Shown here: piece by piece, positions 30,391-39,283 of the stretch
Layout of the letters: every line of letters begins with the position of its first letter
How positions within the stretch are numbered: the first letter of the stretch is position 1
Assembly: GCA_944386385.1 (NCBI GenBank)
Contig: CALXAV010000009.1
Coordinates: 3,615 to 67,614, forward strand
Length of the DNA: 64,000 bases
Source: an uncultured Clostridia bacterium
GTDB taxonomy: Bacteria; Bacillota; Clostridia; TANB77; CAG-508
Direction of reading: 5' to 3'
Position numbers and translations under genes: made by a program
The notes under the pieces: model-generated
The model's input: the letters and a program-made list of their open reading frames with translations, nothing else
Told to the model about the DNA's origin: nothing
Databases searched by the model: none

Positions 30391-31059
30391 TTATTCAACT
30401 CTTGCTAGGATAATTAATCTTGCACTACTATCATCTGTACATGTTGATAATGTTACTTCTGGTTTTCCTGCTGTATCTCTTTGATAGAATGATGTATCTG
30501 AATCTGATGTTTCAAATTTATCATATATTGTGTATGTCATCTCTGTTCCCGCATTATCTGTTATATATATTTTATCTCCTATTTGTAACTTTTTGTTATT
30601 TGAGAAGAATAAACCATTTCTATAATTATGTCCTATTATTACAGTATTTCCTACTTGATTTACTCCAGCTCCCCACTGAAATGCTACTGCTGTCTCTATT
30701 GATTTTTTAGTTACTTTTTCAAGTATTGGATATTTAAAGTTTGTTGCTGGAATTTCCATTGTTCCTAATACTCCAAATCCCTTATATGTTCTAGTTGTTG
30801 ATCCTGAACCATTACCTGTACTTTCAAGTCCTTCAAAAGGATTTGTATTATCAGTATTTGTTGTATTTGCATCCGCTATAGTTGTATTTTCATCTGAATT
30901 TGTTTCACCTTTAAAATCTTCAACAAAGTCTGATGCATCATTTGTTACTAAATAATTTTGGATAAAATCAAATGCTAAAAATCCAAGCAACCCTACTATT
31001 GCTACTATTACTATTACTAATATTGCTGTTAATACTTTACTATATTTACTCTCAAACAT
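30391..31059 (-). CDS. Sortase family transpeptidase
   Basis: N-terminal TM segment, GHN motif, catalytic TLSTC. Confidence 0.8.
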   Translation of the reverse strand: MFESKYSKVLTAILVIVIVAIVGLLGFLAFDFIQNYLVTNDASDFVEDFKGETNSDENTTIADANTTNTDNTNPFEGLESTGNGSGSTTRTYKGFGVLGTMEIPATNFKYPILEKVTKKSIETAVAFQWGAGVNQVGNTVIIGHNYRNGLFFSNNKKLQIGDKIYITDNAGTEMTYTIYDKFETSDSDTSFYQRDTAGKPEVTLSTCTDDSSARLIILARVE

Positions 31060-31195
31060 ATTTTTTACCTCCGTACATTATTCTACTTCTTATATTATAA
31101 CATATTTATAAAAAAAAATAAAGATATAAGTATTTTTTTATTTAAATTTTATCAATAAAAATTTAATATTATAAAATTACTCTTATATTTAAAAG

Positions 31196-31226
31196 GAACG
31201 CTGGCGGAAATTTTCCGCCAGCATTC
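31196..31226 (-). terminator. Stem-loop downstream of GC-rich orphan 3
   Basis: GCTGGCGG(AAA) / (TTT)CCGCCAGC stem, followed on the minus strand by CCTTTTAAAT. Confidence 0.65.
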
Positions 31227-31239
31227 CGAGGGAAGGGTA

Positions 31240-31560
31240 TCACATTCCCATCTGGAGTCTTCTAAGCTCTCCTCGAACACTCTCCTCCTTATTTTGCAGT
31301 TCACGCCTCATGGGGTTGATCATCTCGGCAACGAAGAGCTCATCGCCGTTGGAAAGAGCTTGTCGCTCCATCTCGCCCAAGACCCTCTTGTTGTAGTCAG
31401 AAAAATCCTTAAGAGCGTTCAAACACTCTACAATCTCCCGACTAATGTCGCGCCTTGAACGAGCCTTGCTCTGAGCCATGTGTAGAGCTAAGTCTACTTT
31501 CTTCTCTAGCTCCATTCCAGTTGCAACAATACTGGAAAACTCATTGGTTGTCATTGACAT
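31240..31560 (-). CDS. Orphan protein 3 (106 aa, predicted all-helical) of foreign, GC-rich composition
   Basis: SD GGAGGGAAG. Hand counts of 48% and 57% GC for 31261-31380. No recognisable family. Confidence 0.65.
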   Translation of the reverse strand: MSMTTNEFSSIVATGMELEKKVDLALHMAQSKARSRRDISREIVECLNALKDFSDYNKRVLGEMERQALSNGDELFVAEMINPMRRELQNKEESVRGELRRLQMGM

Positions 31561-31597
31561 CTTCCCTCCAAAAATTGTGTTTTAACACTACACTTAT

Positions 31598-31626
31598 ATT
31601 ATACCACATTTACAAATTTATGTAAA
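31598..31626 (-). promoter_or_regulatory. Putative sigma-A promoter for orphan 3
   Basis: TTTACA, 17 nt, TATAAT, with an extended -10 (TGGTATAAT). Confidence 0.55.
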
Positions 31627-31684
31627 TTGTTTGTTTTATGCAAAAATAGAACTTAAGAAATCCCTTAAGTCCTATCCTATTATT

Positions 31685-32035
31685 TTATACTAATTTTTCT
31701 CCCATTTCTACTCCTGCAAGTAAGTGAAAATGTAAATGAAGTACTGTTTGCCCTGCATCTTTTCCACAGTTATTTATAACTCTATAACCTTTTTCATCTA
31801 CATCTAACTCTTTAGCTATTTTCTTTATAGCCATATGAATCTTACCAATTAGTAATTCATCATCTTCTGTCATTTCATTTAAACATGAAATATGTTTTTT
31901 AGGTACTACTAATACATGAACTGGTGCTGCTGGTTCTATATCTTTAAATGCATATACATAGTCATCTTCATATACTTTAGTTGATGGCACTTCTCCTTTT
32001 ATTATTTTACAAAATAGACAATCTTCCATAAACAA
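31685..32035 (-). CDS. hinT: HIT family protein (HinT-like)
   Basis: CLFCKII and HLHFHLL histidine triad. Confidence 0.85.
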   Translation of the reverse strand: MFMEDCLFCKIIKGEVPSTKVYEDDYVYAFKDIEPAAPVHVLVVPKKHISCLNEMTEDDELLIGKIHMAIKKIAKELDVDEKGYRVINNCGKDAGQTVLHLHFHLLAGVEMGEKLV

Positions 32036-32066
32036 AACCTCCCTAACTATTTATAAAGAACATATC

Positions 32067-33818
32067 TTATTCATCTATTAATACTGCTTTTATTCTTCTT
32101 ACACCTGATGAACTAGATTCTTCTTTCTTTATTTTAAATCTTCCAAGTTCACTTGTGTTTTTAACATGAGGTCCTCCACATAGTTCTTTTGATACATCTC
32201 CTATTGTATATACTGTTACTATATCTGGATATTTTTCAATAAACATACATTCTGCACCAGATTTTATTGCATCTTCTTTTTTCATTTCTTCTTTTGTTAC
32301 AGGTAATCCTTCTTTAATCCATTTATTTACTAAATCTTCTATTTCTTGTTTTTCTTCAGGTGTTAATTTATGGTCACAGTTAAAATCAAATCTCATTCTA
32401 TCTACTGTTATATTTGAACCTCTTTGATGTGCATCTTTTCCAATAACTTGTTTTATTGCTGCATTTAATAAATGTGTTGCTGTATGATATGCAATTGTTT
32501 CTTTTGTCGTTTCTGCAAGTCCTCCCTTAAATTTTTGCTCAGAACCTGCTCTTGATTTTTCTTGGTGTTTTTTGAATAATTCATTAAAGCTATCCATATC
32601 AATTTCATAACCATTTTCAGAAGCTAATTCTTTTGTTACTTCTGGTGGAAATCCATAAGTATCATATAATCTAAACACTACTTCTCCTGGTATTAATTTT
32701 GTTCCTTCTAATCTTCCTATTGCCTTTTCAAATTCTCTTTCACCTTTGCTAAGAGTTTTTACAAATTTATCTTTTTCTTCTACTATTACTTGTTCTATTG
32801 TTTCTTTATTTTTAACAAGTTCTGGATACATTTCACCTAAGTTTTCTACATAAATATCTATTAATTCTTTTAATGAGTCTAAATCTATTTGTAGTTTATT
32901 CATATGTCTTATCATTCTTCTTATTAATCTTCTTAATACATATCCTCTATCTAGATTACTTGGTCTTCCTCCATCTGCTATTATCATCATGCTTGAACGT
33001 AAATGTTCTGCTATTATTCTTCTACTTTCTATAATATCTACTTTTTGTAACTCTTTTAGTTTATCCATAACTGGACTAAATAATTCAGTGTCAAACGGAG
33101 TTTCTTTTCCTTGTAATAGCATTGTCATTCTTTCTAATCCAAGTCCAGTATCTACATTTTTTTGTTCTAATTTTCTATATCCTTTTTCATCTTTGAAATA
33201 TTCCATAAATACATTATTCCATATTTCTACATACTTACCACAATCACAACAAGGCTCACAATCTGGTCCACATGCTGGTTTTCCTGTATCATAGAACATT
33301 TCTGTATCTGGTCCACAAGGTCCTTCTTCACCTGCTATCCACCAGTTATCATCTTTTCCATAATAATATATATGGTCTTCTGGTATTCCTGCTTTCTTCC
33401 ACGCATTTGCTGCTACTTCATCTCTTGGACAATCTTCATCTCCTGCAAAACATGTTACTGATAATTTTTCTACTGGAATTCCTAATTCTTTTGTTAAGAA
33501 TTCAAAACTCATTGCTATTGATTCATCTTTAAAGTAATCTCCTAAAGACCAATTTCCAAGCATTTCAAAATATGTTAAATGACGATTGTCTCCTACTTCA
33601 TCAATATCATTTGTTCTTACACATTTTTGATAATCTGTAAGTCTTTTTCCTTCTGGGTGTTTTTCTCCCAATAAATATGGCACTAATGGTTGCATTCCTG
33701 CTGTTGTAAATAATACTGAAGGGTCATTTTCTGGTATTAATGGTGCAGATGGAATTACGCTATGACCATGTCTTTTAAAATAATCTAAATATTTTCTTCT
33801 TATTTCTATTGCTTTCAT
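32067..33818 (-). CDS. alaS: Alanine--tRNA ligase, short form (583 aa) ending right after the editing domain
   Basis: FTTAGMQP, FEMLGNWSLGDYF, editing-domain HTATHLL and CGGPHV. Start at MKAIEIRR (RBS AAGGAG). No C-Ala/DHHA1 region. Confidence 0.8.
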   Translation of the reverse strand: MKAIEIRRKYLDYFKRHGHSVIPSAPLIPENDPSVLFTTAGMQPLVPYLLGEKHPEGKRLTDYQKCVRTNDIDEVGDNRHLTYFEMLGNWSLGDYFKDESIAMSFEFLTKELGIPVEKLSVTCFAGDEDCPRDEVAANAWKKAGIPEDHIYYYGKDDNWWIAGEEGPCGPDTEMFYDTGKPACGPDCEPCCDCGKYVEIWNNVFMEYFKDEKGYRKLEQKNVDTGLGLERMTMLLQGKETPFDTELFSPVMDKLKELQKVDIIESRRIIAEHLRSSMMIIADGGRPSNLDRGYVLRRLIRRMIRHMNKLQIDLDSLKELIDIYVENLGEMYPELVKNKETIEQVIVEEKDKFVKTLSKGEREFEKAIGRLEGTKLIPGEVVFRLYDTYGFPPEVTKELASENGYEIDMDSFNELFKKHQEKSRAGSEQKFKGGLAETTKETIAYHTATHLLNAAIKQVIGKDAHQRGSNITVDRMRFDFNCDHKLTPEEKQEIEDLVNKWIKEGLPVTKEEMKKEDAIKSGAECMFIEKYPDIVTVYTIGDVSKELCGGPHVKNTSELGRFKIKKEESSSSGVRRIKAVLIDE

Positions 33819-33852
33819 TTCAATCTCCTTAAAACTAAACTCTAACATTAAG

Positions 33853-33881
33853 ATTATACTCTAAAACAAGCAAAAAATCAA
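33853..33881 (-). promoter_or_regulatory. alaS promoter
   Basis: TTGATT, 17 nt, TATAAT, about 30 nt upstream of the start codon. Confidence 0.6.
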
Positions 33882-34303
33882 GGAAAATTTAAGATTTTAT
33901 TCCTTGACCTTTTTAATTTATATATTTTACTTTTCCATGCACTTTTATCTTAAAGATGTACATTCTCATATTTCTATTAATTTTCTATTTCCATTTCTTT
34001 TCTTAATTTTTCTCTTTCCTTTGTACTTTTTTTGTCACCTCCTCTTTTTTCTTTTTGTTTCTTTTTTAAGTGAAACCGTGTGAGATTCAAAACCAACTTT
34101 TCACACAATTAATTCGAATTAAAATTCTTTTATATTGAAACACGAAAGCAAAAAAAGTCAAGAGTAAAAATAAACTTTTCATCGCAAAATTTGACAAAAT
34201 CCAACAAAGACTAGTGTGAATGTTTCCTTTTGCTTATTACAATTAAATAATGTATAACAAACACTTGGGGACACATCTATTATAGATATGTCCCTTTACA
34301 ATA

Positions 34304-35782
34304 TCATTCTATTCCATATTTCTTGGCTTCTTCATAATTTTCTTGTACTTCACTTTCACTTAAAGCTACTCCATATATTGCAAAATTATATATTTTTCCT
34401 GTAAACTTTAAATTTCTTCCTACTCTTAAATCTCCTATAGTCACATAATTATATGTGAACATTTCATCTCCTGACTCAAATGCTATAAGTAACTCACCAT
34501 TTATATATACTTTCGTCTGTTCATTTCTTTCAGCTACTACTTGTAAATTTATTGTTTGATTTTCATATTCTGATATATCAATATTTGCAAAACCTTTTTC
34601 TGTCATTTCATAACTATGGTTTTTTGGATTTCCTCTGTATGAATATACATGTAGTAAATTTCCATTCATTCCTATCCAACAAATATATTTATTTGCCTCA
34701 TCAGATAAAGCCAATATTGTTGATGAATAAGAATTAGAATTATTCTCATTATCACTTTTTAATGTAACATTTATAGAATAACTATTATTTATTTGATATT
34801 TATTATCTACTTCTAAAACAGGTATAGCATTATCTTCATCTAATATTAATGCTCCATTCTCATCATATTGTAATTCTCCATTATTATCATTATATTTAGC
34901 ATTAAACCCTTGATTTGTTTCTCCTTCATATAACGATGTAGAGTATAAATTACCGTAGTAATCTCCTGTTTTTACTGATGTATCTCCTACATATGTTATT
35001 GCGTTTGTTAATTTAAAATTATCATCTTGGAATGTGTGGATAGGTATTTCTGCTTGGTACATTATCATTCCATCTACGCTAAATATACTACCTGTTTCAT
35101 AATTAACTATATAAGGTTGATGTGTTGTATCTTTTATCCCTAATTTTTCAAATTGTGCTCCGTATGTATTATTAGATTTCTCTTCTTCTGTATAATTTCC
35201 TATTATATACCATCCATTACTATATGTATTATTCCCTATTGTTACAGTTTCTGGAAAATCTGCTGTTGCTAGTTCTCTTCCTATCTTCTTCTCTTTGTTT
35301 TCTATTACTTTATCTTCCAAAATACCAAGCTCTATATAATATTTAAATTCTTCTTCTGTCATATTTATTACTCTATAACCATAGTTTTGAGCTATTTTTG
35401 CTACTTCATCTTCTTCATTTCCTAAATATATTGGTTCTTCTCTATATAATCCTATTTTTCCTTTATATTCTTCTGGAATATCTTTTAATTTTTCATTTGC
35501 CTCTTCTACTGTCATATATCTTAGGCTTTCATTTTTTGTTTCTCCTTGTATTTGTTCCAACTCAATTCCTTCTTTTATACCAGTTAATTCAGTTGCTATT
35601 TTCGCAGTACTTGCTTTGGTTATTATTCCATTATCGCTTGTTAACATTGATATTGAAACACCTGCTAATATTAGAAGAACAACTATTGTGATGACAAGTG
35701 CAATAAGAGTTATACCTCTAATTTTTTTTATTTGGTCTTTTCTTTTTGTTATTCTTATTGTTTGTGTCTTCTTTTCTTTCAT
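34304..35782 (-). CDS. Prepilin-like N-terminus (G/ITLIALVITIVVLLILAG) protein with a C-terminal LamG/concanavalin-like domain (492 aa)
   Basis: The N-terminal KKIRGITLIALVITIVVLLILAGVSISML resembles a class III signal. The C-terminal KFTGKIYNFAIYGVALSESEV resembles the end of a LamG domain. Confidence 0.6.
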   Translation of the reverse strand: MKEKKTQTIRITKRKDQIKKIRGITLIALVITIVVLLILAGVSISMLTSDNGIITKASTAKIATELTGIKEGIELEQIQGETKNESLRYMTVEEANEKLKDIPEEYKGKIGLYREEPIYLGNEEDEVAKIAQNYGYRVINMTEEEFKYYIELGILEDKVIENKEKKIGRELATADFPETVTIGNNTYSNGWYIIGNYTEEEKSNNTYGAQFEKLGIKDTTHQPYIVNYETGSIFSVDGMIMYQAEIPIHTFQDDNFKLTNAITYVGDTSVKTGDYYGNLYSTSLYEGETNQGFNAKYNDNNGELQYDENGALILDEDNAIPVLEVDNKYQINNSYSINVTLKSDNENNSNSYSSTILALSDEANKYICWIGMNGNLLHVYSYRGNPKNHSYEMTEKGFANIDISEYENQTINLQVVAERNEQTKVYINGELLIAFESGDEMFTYNYVTIGDLRVGRNLKFTGKIYNFAIYGVALSESEVQENYEEAKKYGIE

Positions 35783-36038
35783 TTCTTCTTTTCCTTTTCT
35801 TTAGCTGGGGGAAGTGGTTTTTACACTCCCCCCTCTTATAAAATATGTATTGTTTTTTTATTATACATTATTATTATATATAATTTTAGTATACATATAA
35901 ATAATGTATTTGTAAATATTCATCTTCTAATTGTAATAAATTTGTAATATTTACATAATTTATTATGTAGATACTATTATTTTCCAGTTTTTTTGTTAAA
36001 ATTATATTAAATTTTATAAGGTTTACAAGGAGGTTACA

Positions 36039-36266
36039 GTGAAATTTAAAAGATTAAAAGATTTAAGAGAAGACCATGATTTGTTTCAAAAGCAAGTAGC
36101 ACAAGTACTTGGAATATCTCAGCAATACTATTCTGAATATGAAAAAGGTAATAGAACTATACCTATATCACACTTAATCACATTGGCAAAATATTATGGA
36201 ACCTCCATTGATTATATGGTAGGTCTAACAGATGATAAAAATATAAATAAGAAAAAAACAAGCTGA
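36039..36266 (+). CDS. XRE-family HTH transcriptional regulator (GTG start)
   Basis: LRE..LFQKQVAQVLGISQQYYSEYEKG HTH_3 pattern; RBS AAGGAGG. Confidence 0.8.
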   Translation: MKFKRLKDLREDHDLFQKQVAQVLGISQQYYSEYEKGNRTIPISHLITLAKYYGTSIDYMVGLTDDKNINKKKTS

Positions 36267-36306
36267 TAATTTTACTTATTATAAAATTATGAACTTGTTT
36301 TATTTT

Positions 36307-36861
36307 TTATATATCCATTTGTGTTCCTAAAAATGTAGCAGCTGACTGTGCCACTTTTTGTTCAACTTCATTCATTTTTTTATTAGCTTCTTTAGACATA
36401 AGAATAACAGTTCCAATTGAATCACCATTAGATATTATAGGATAAACAACCTGTGCATTGTTTTTTCTTTCTGGGTTTTCATTTTTAGTAATAGGCATTG
36501 CAATATCACTATTGTCTTTACTCATATATACTTCTTTATCTTCCATTAGTTGTTCTAACTCTGGACTTACGTCTTGCTCTAAAAATTCCTTTTTAGAACC
36601 GCCAGATACTGCTATAATTGTATCTTTATCAGTAATACAAGCAATATGTCCAGTAGTCTTTGATAAAGTCTCAGCATAACCTGCTGCAAATTCTGATAAC
36701 TCTCCTATAGGAGAATATTTTTTAAGTATTATTTGACCTTCTCTATCTGTAAAAATTTCTAAAGGTTCACCTTCTTTAATTCTCAATGTTTTTCTTATTT
36801 CTTTTGGAATAACAACTCTTCCTAAATCATCTATTCTTCTTACAACTCCAGTTGCTTTCAT
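36307..36861 (-). CDS. spoVT: Stage V sporulation protein T (AbrB-family regulator)
   Basis: MKATGVVRRIDDLGRVVIPKEIRKTLRI SpoVT-AbrB N-terminus plus a GAF-like C-terminal region. Start at 36861 after GAGGAGGAAG. Confidence 0.85.
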   Translation of the reverse strand: MKATGVVRRIDDLGRVVIPKEIRKTLRIKEGEPLEIFTDREGQIILKKYSPIGELSEFAAGYAETLSKTTGHIACITDKDTIIAVSGGSKKEFLEQDVSPELEQLMEDKEVYMSKDNSDIAMPITKNENPERKNNAQVVYPIISNGDSIGTVILMSKEANKKMNEVEQKVAQSAATFLGTQMDI

Positions 36862-37074
36862 AATCTTCCTCCTCTTATTTAAAGCTTTTTTATTTATAAT
36901 CTTATTATTACAAAAAAGGAAGAAAATATTCATTATATTTAAAAATTAGAATATTAATCAAAAATTTGTAGAAAATAATAATAGAATTTAGTAATTCTTT
37001 ATTTTTGTAATGGTTGGTCGAAAGCATTGTAAAAAATTAGAGAAAAACATATAATAATAACGAGGGTGATGCAT

Positions 37075-37260
37075 ATGAATACTAATGAAAATAATAATTT
37101 AGACTACTTAGATACTAGAGTATTAAAAAAAGATTCTAAAAAGGAATTTGATGAAATAGATGACGATTGGTTATTTTACGATGATGAAGAGGATTTTTAT
37201 GATGAAGATGATTGGTTATATGACGATGGTGAAGACTTTTTAGACGACGATGATTTTTAA
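37075..37260 (+). CDS. Very acidic small protein (61 aa) with Asp/Glu plus aromatic repeats
   Basis: Own promoter (TTGTAA, 17 nt, TATAAT), SD GAGGGTG and terminator AGGCATC/GATGCCT. Sequence DDDWLFYDDEEDFYDEDDWLYDDGEDFLDDDDF. Confidence 0.55.
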   Translation: MNTNENNNLDYLDTRVLKKDSKKEFDEIDDDWLFYDDEEDFYDEDDWLYDDGEDFLDDDDF

Positions 37261-37290
37261 AACATAATAAAAGGCATCGATTTAGATGCC

Positions 37291-39264
37291 TTATTTTATT
37301 TGTTTTAATTCTCCTGATTCATAGTAAGCTAGCAATTGTTCTAAGTCACTTATCTCTTCTTTTAATGTTCTACCAATATCAGTATCACCTACACGTTTTC
37401 TAACAACTCCTGTTTTCTTTACTATTATTTCTGACATAATATCCTTTTCTTCTTCAATAGCTTGTTCAACTGATTCAAAAGGTTTGTTTTGGCTAAGTAA
37501 TAGTCCATAAGAATTATATGTAAGTATATAACCGGCATTACCTGTTTTTGCCTGATAACTTTTTGCAAAACCTCCATCTATTACTAAAAGTTTACCATTT
37601 CCTCTAATTGGACTTTCACCGTCTTTTGCTTTTACTGGCATATGTCCATTTACTATATGAGAATCTTTTAAATCCAAATTAAATTCATTTAAAATCTTAT
37701 CACATATTTTCTCATCATAAGTTAATGTATAATATGGATTTTTTCTTTCTTTACTCATCTCTTTATCTTTAACAAAATAACTTTCAAATGTTGCCATTTT
37801 ATCTTTACCAAAGAATGGCGAATCTGGAGATATCCATAAATACCACATTATATCTCTTAAATTTTTGTCTACAGTATCTTTATTAATCCATATTTTATTT
37901 ACTGTATCATTTACTTCATCTAGATATTGTTTTCCTTTCATTCTTTTCCCTAAGAATTCTACTTCTTTAAACTCTCCACTTTCTGTCATCGGAATACAAG
38001 CATGGAATAATAAATTTGAATTAAATATTGTATATAATTCTCCCTTTTTATATAGGAAATTTATATGGTCATTTAATTTTGGACTATTTTTAAATGACTC
38101 ACAAAGTCTTTCCATTACTTCTTTTTCTTCTTCTGTTAATTCATATATGTTATCTTTTATTAATGTTGGGAAATTTGTATCATTTATTTCATATTTTTTA
38201 CCATCTATCTCAACATATCCTTTTTCTAAATTCATCTTATCTAACAACAATCTATTATCTAGATGATATTCTGGATGCCTTTTTATCATCTGTCCTTCTA
38301 GCTTAAATTGTATTATTGTTATTGCTTTATGAATTTTTGAAATGTTCATTTTGTCACTTTCATCATATTTTGTTTCATCAAACACTTTTGGAAAAAAGTT
38401 TTCACAACTATCATCTTTATAAGTCTCCATAGCAAATGTTGATAACGGACGTATATTTATTCCATAGCTGTCTTCTAATATTCCTATATTATTATATCTA
38501 GCACAAATTCTTACAACTGTTGCAATACATGCTTCATTTCCTGCTGCTGCCCCCATCCATAATATATCATGGTTGCCCCATTGTATATCCAAGCTGTGGA
38601 ATTTTTCTAATTTTTCTATTACTAAATCTGGTCTAAGTCCTCTATCAAATATATCACCAATTATATGAAGATGGTCTATTGCCATTCTTTTTATCAAGTT
38701 TGATATTGCTATTATAAATGCTTCTGCTTGATTCAATCTTATTATTGTATTTATTATTGCCTTATAATATCTTTCTTTATCTTTTTCATTTCCTGCTTGT
38801 GAATTCAATAACTCATCTATTACATATTCAAATCCGCTAGTTATCGCTTTTCTAACCTTTGACCTTGTATATTTTGAACTCACATTTTTTGCAACCTCTA
38901 CTAAACGGTGTAATGTAATACTATACCATTCGTTTATATCTTTTTCTTCTTCTTTTATTAATTTTAATTTTTCTTCTGGATAATAAATAAGTGTTGCAAG
39001 TGTTGTTCTTTCTTTCTTGCTTATTGTATTTCCAAAAATGTCATTTATTTTACTTTTAATTATTCCTCCACCGTTATTTAGAATATGCTCAAATGGAGCA
39101 TATTCTCCGTGGATATCACTTAAGAACATTTCTGTTCCCTTTGGTAGATTTAAAATTGCTTGTAAGTTTATAATTTCTTCTGCAACTTCATATACATTTT
39201 TATACTCTTTACTAAGTAATTTTAAATATTTCTTTTTATTATAATTGTTTTTTTCGTCTTCCAT
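37291..39264 (-). CDS. fbp: Fructose-1,6-bisphosphatase class 3
   Basis: About 650 aa; metallophosphoesterase motifs SDIHGE, GDIFDRG, GNHD and characteristic YLKLLSKEY N-terminus. Confidence 0.9.
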   Translation of the reverse strand: MEDEKNNYNKKKYLKLLSKEYKNVYEVAEEIINLQAILNLPKGTEMFLSDIHGEYAPFEHILNNGGGIIKSKINDIFGNTISKKERTTLATLIYYPEEKLKLIKEEEKDINEWYSITLHRLVEVAKNVSSKYTRSKVRKAITSGFEYVIDELLNSQAGNEKDKERYYKAIINTIIRLNQAEAFIIAISNLIKRMAIDHLHIIGDIFDRGLRPDLVIEKLEKFHSLDIQWGNHDILWMGAAAGNEACIATVVRICARYNNIGILEDSYGINIRPLSTFAMETYKDDSCENFFPKVFDETKYDESDKMNISKIHKAITIIQFKLEGQMIKRHPEYHLDNRLLLDKMNLEKGYVEIDGKKYEINDTNFPTLIKDNIYELTEEEKEVMERLCESFKNSPKLNDHINFLYKKGELYTIFNSNLLFHACIPMTESGEFKEVEFLGKRMKGKQYLDEVNDTVNKIWINKDTVDKNLRDIMWYLWISPDSPFFGKDKMATFESYFVKDKEMSKERKNPYYTLTYDEKICDKILNEFNLDLKDSHIVNGHMPVKAKDGESPIRGNGKLLVIDGGFAKSYQAKTGNAGYILTYNSYGLLLSQNKPFESVEQAIEEEKDIMSEIIVKKTGVVRKRVGDTDIGRTLKEEISDLEQLLAYYESGELKQIK

Positions 39265-39283
39265 AATTTTAACTTTCCTTTTT

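Noticed and set aside
33819-34303. T-box riboswitch upstream of alaS
   Set aside because: I looked for the conserved T-box sequence (AATTAGGGTGGTACCGCG-like) on the minus strand and found nothing similar. The promoter also lies about 30 nt from the start codon.
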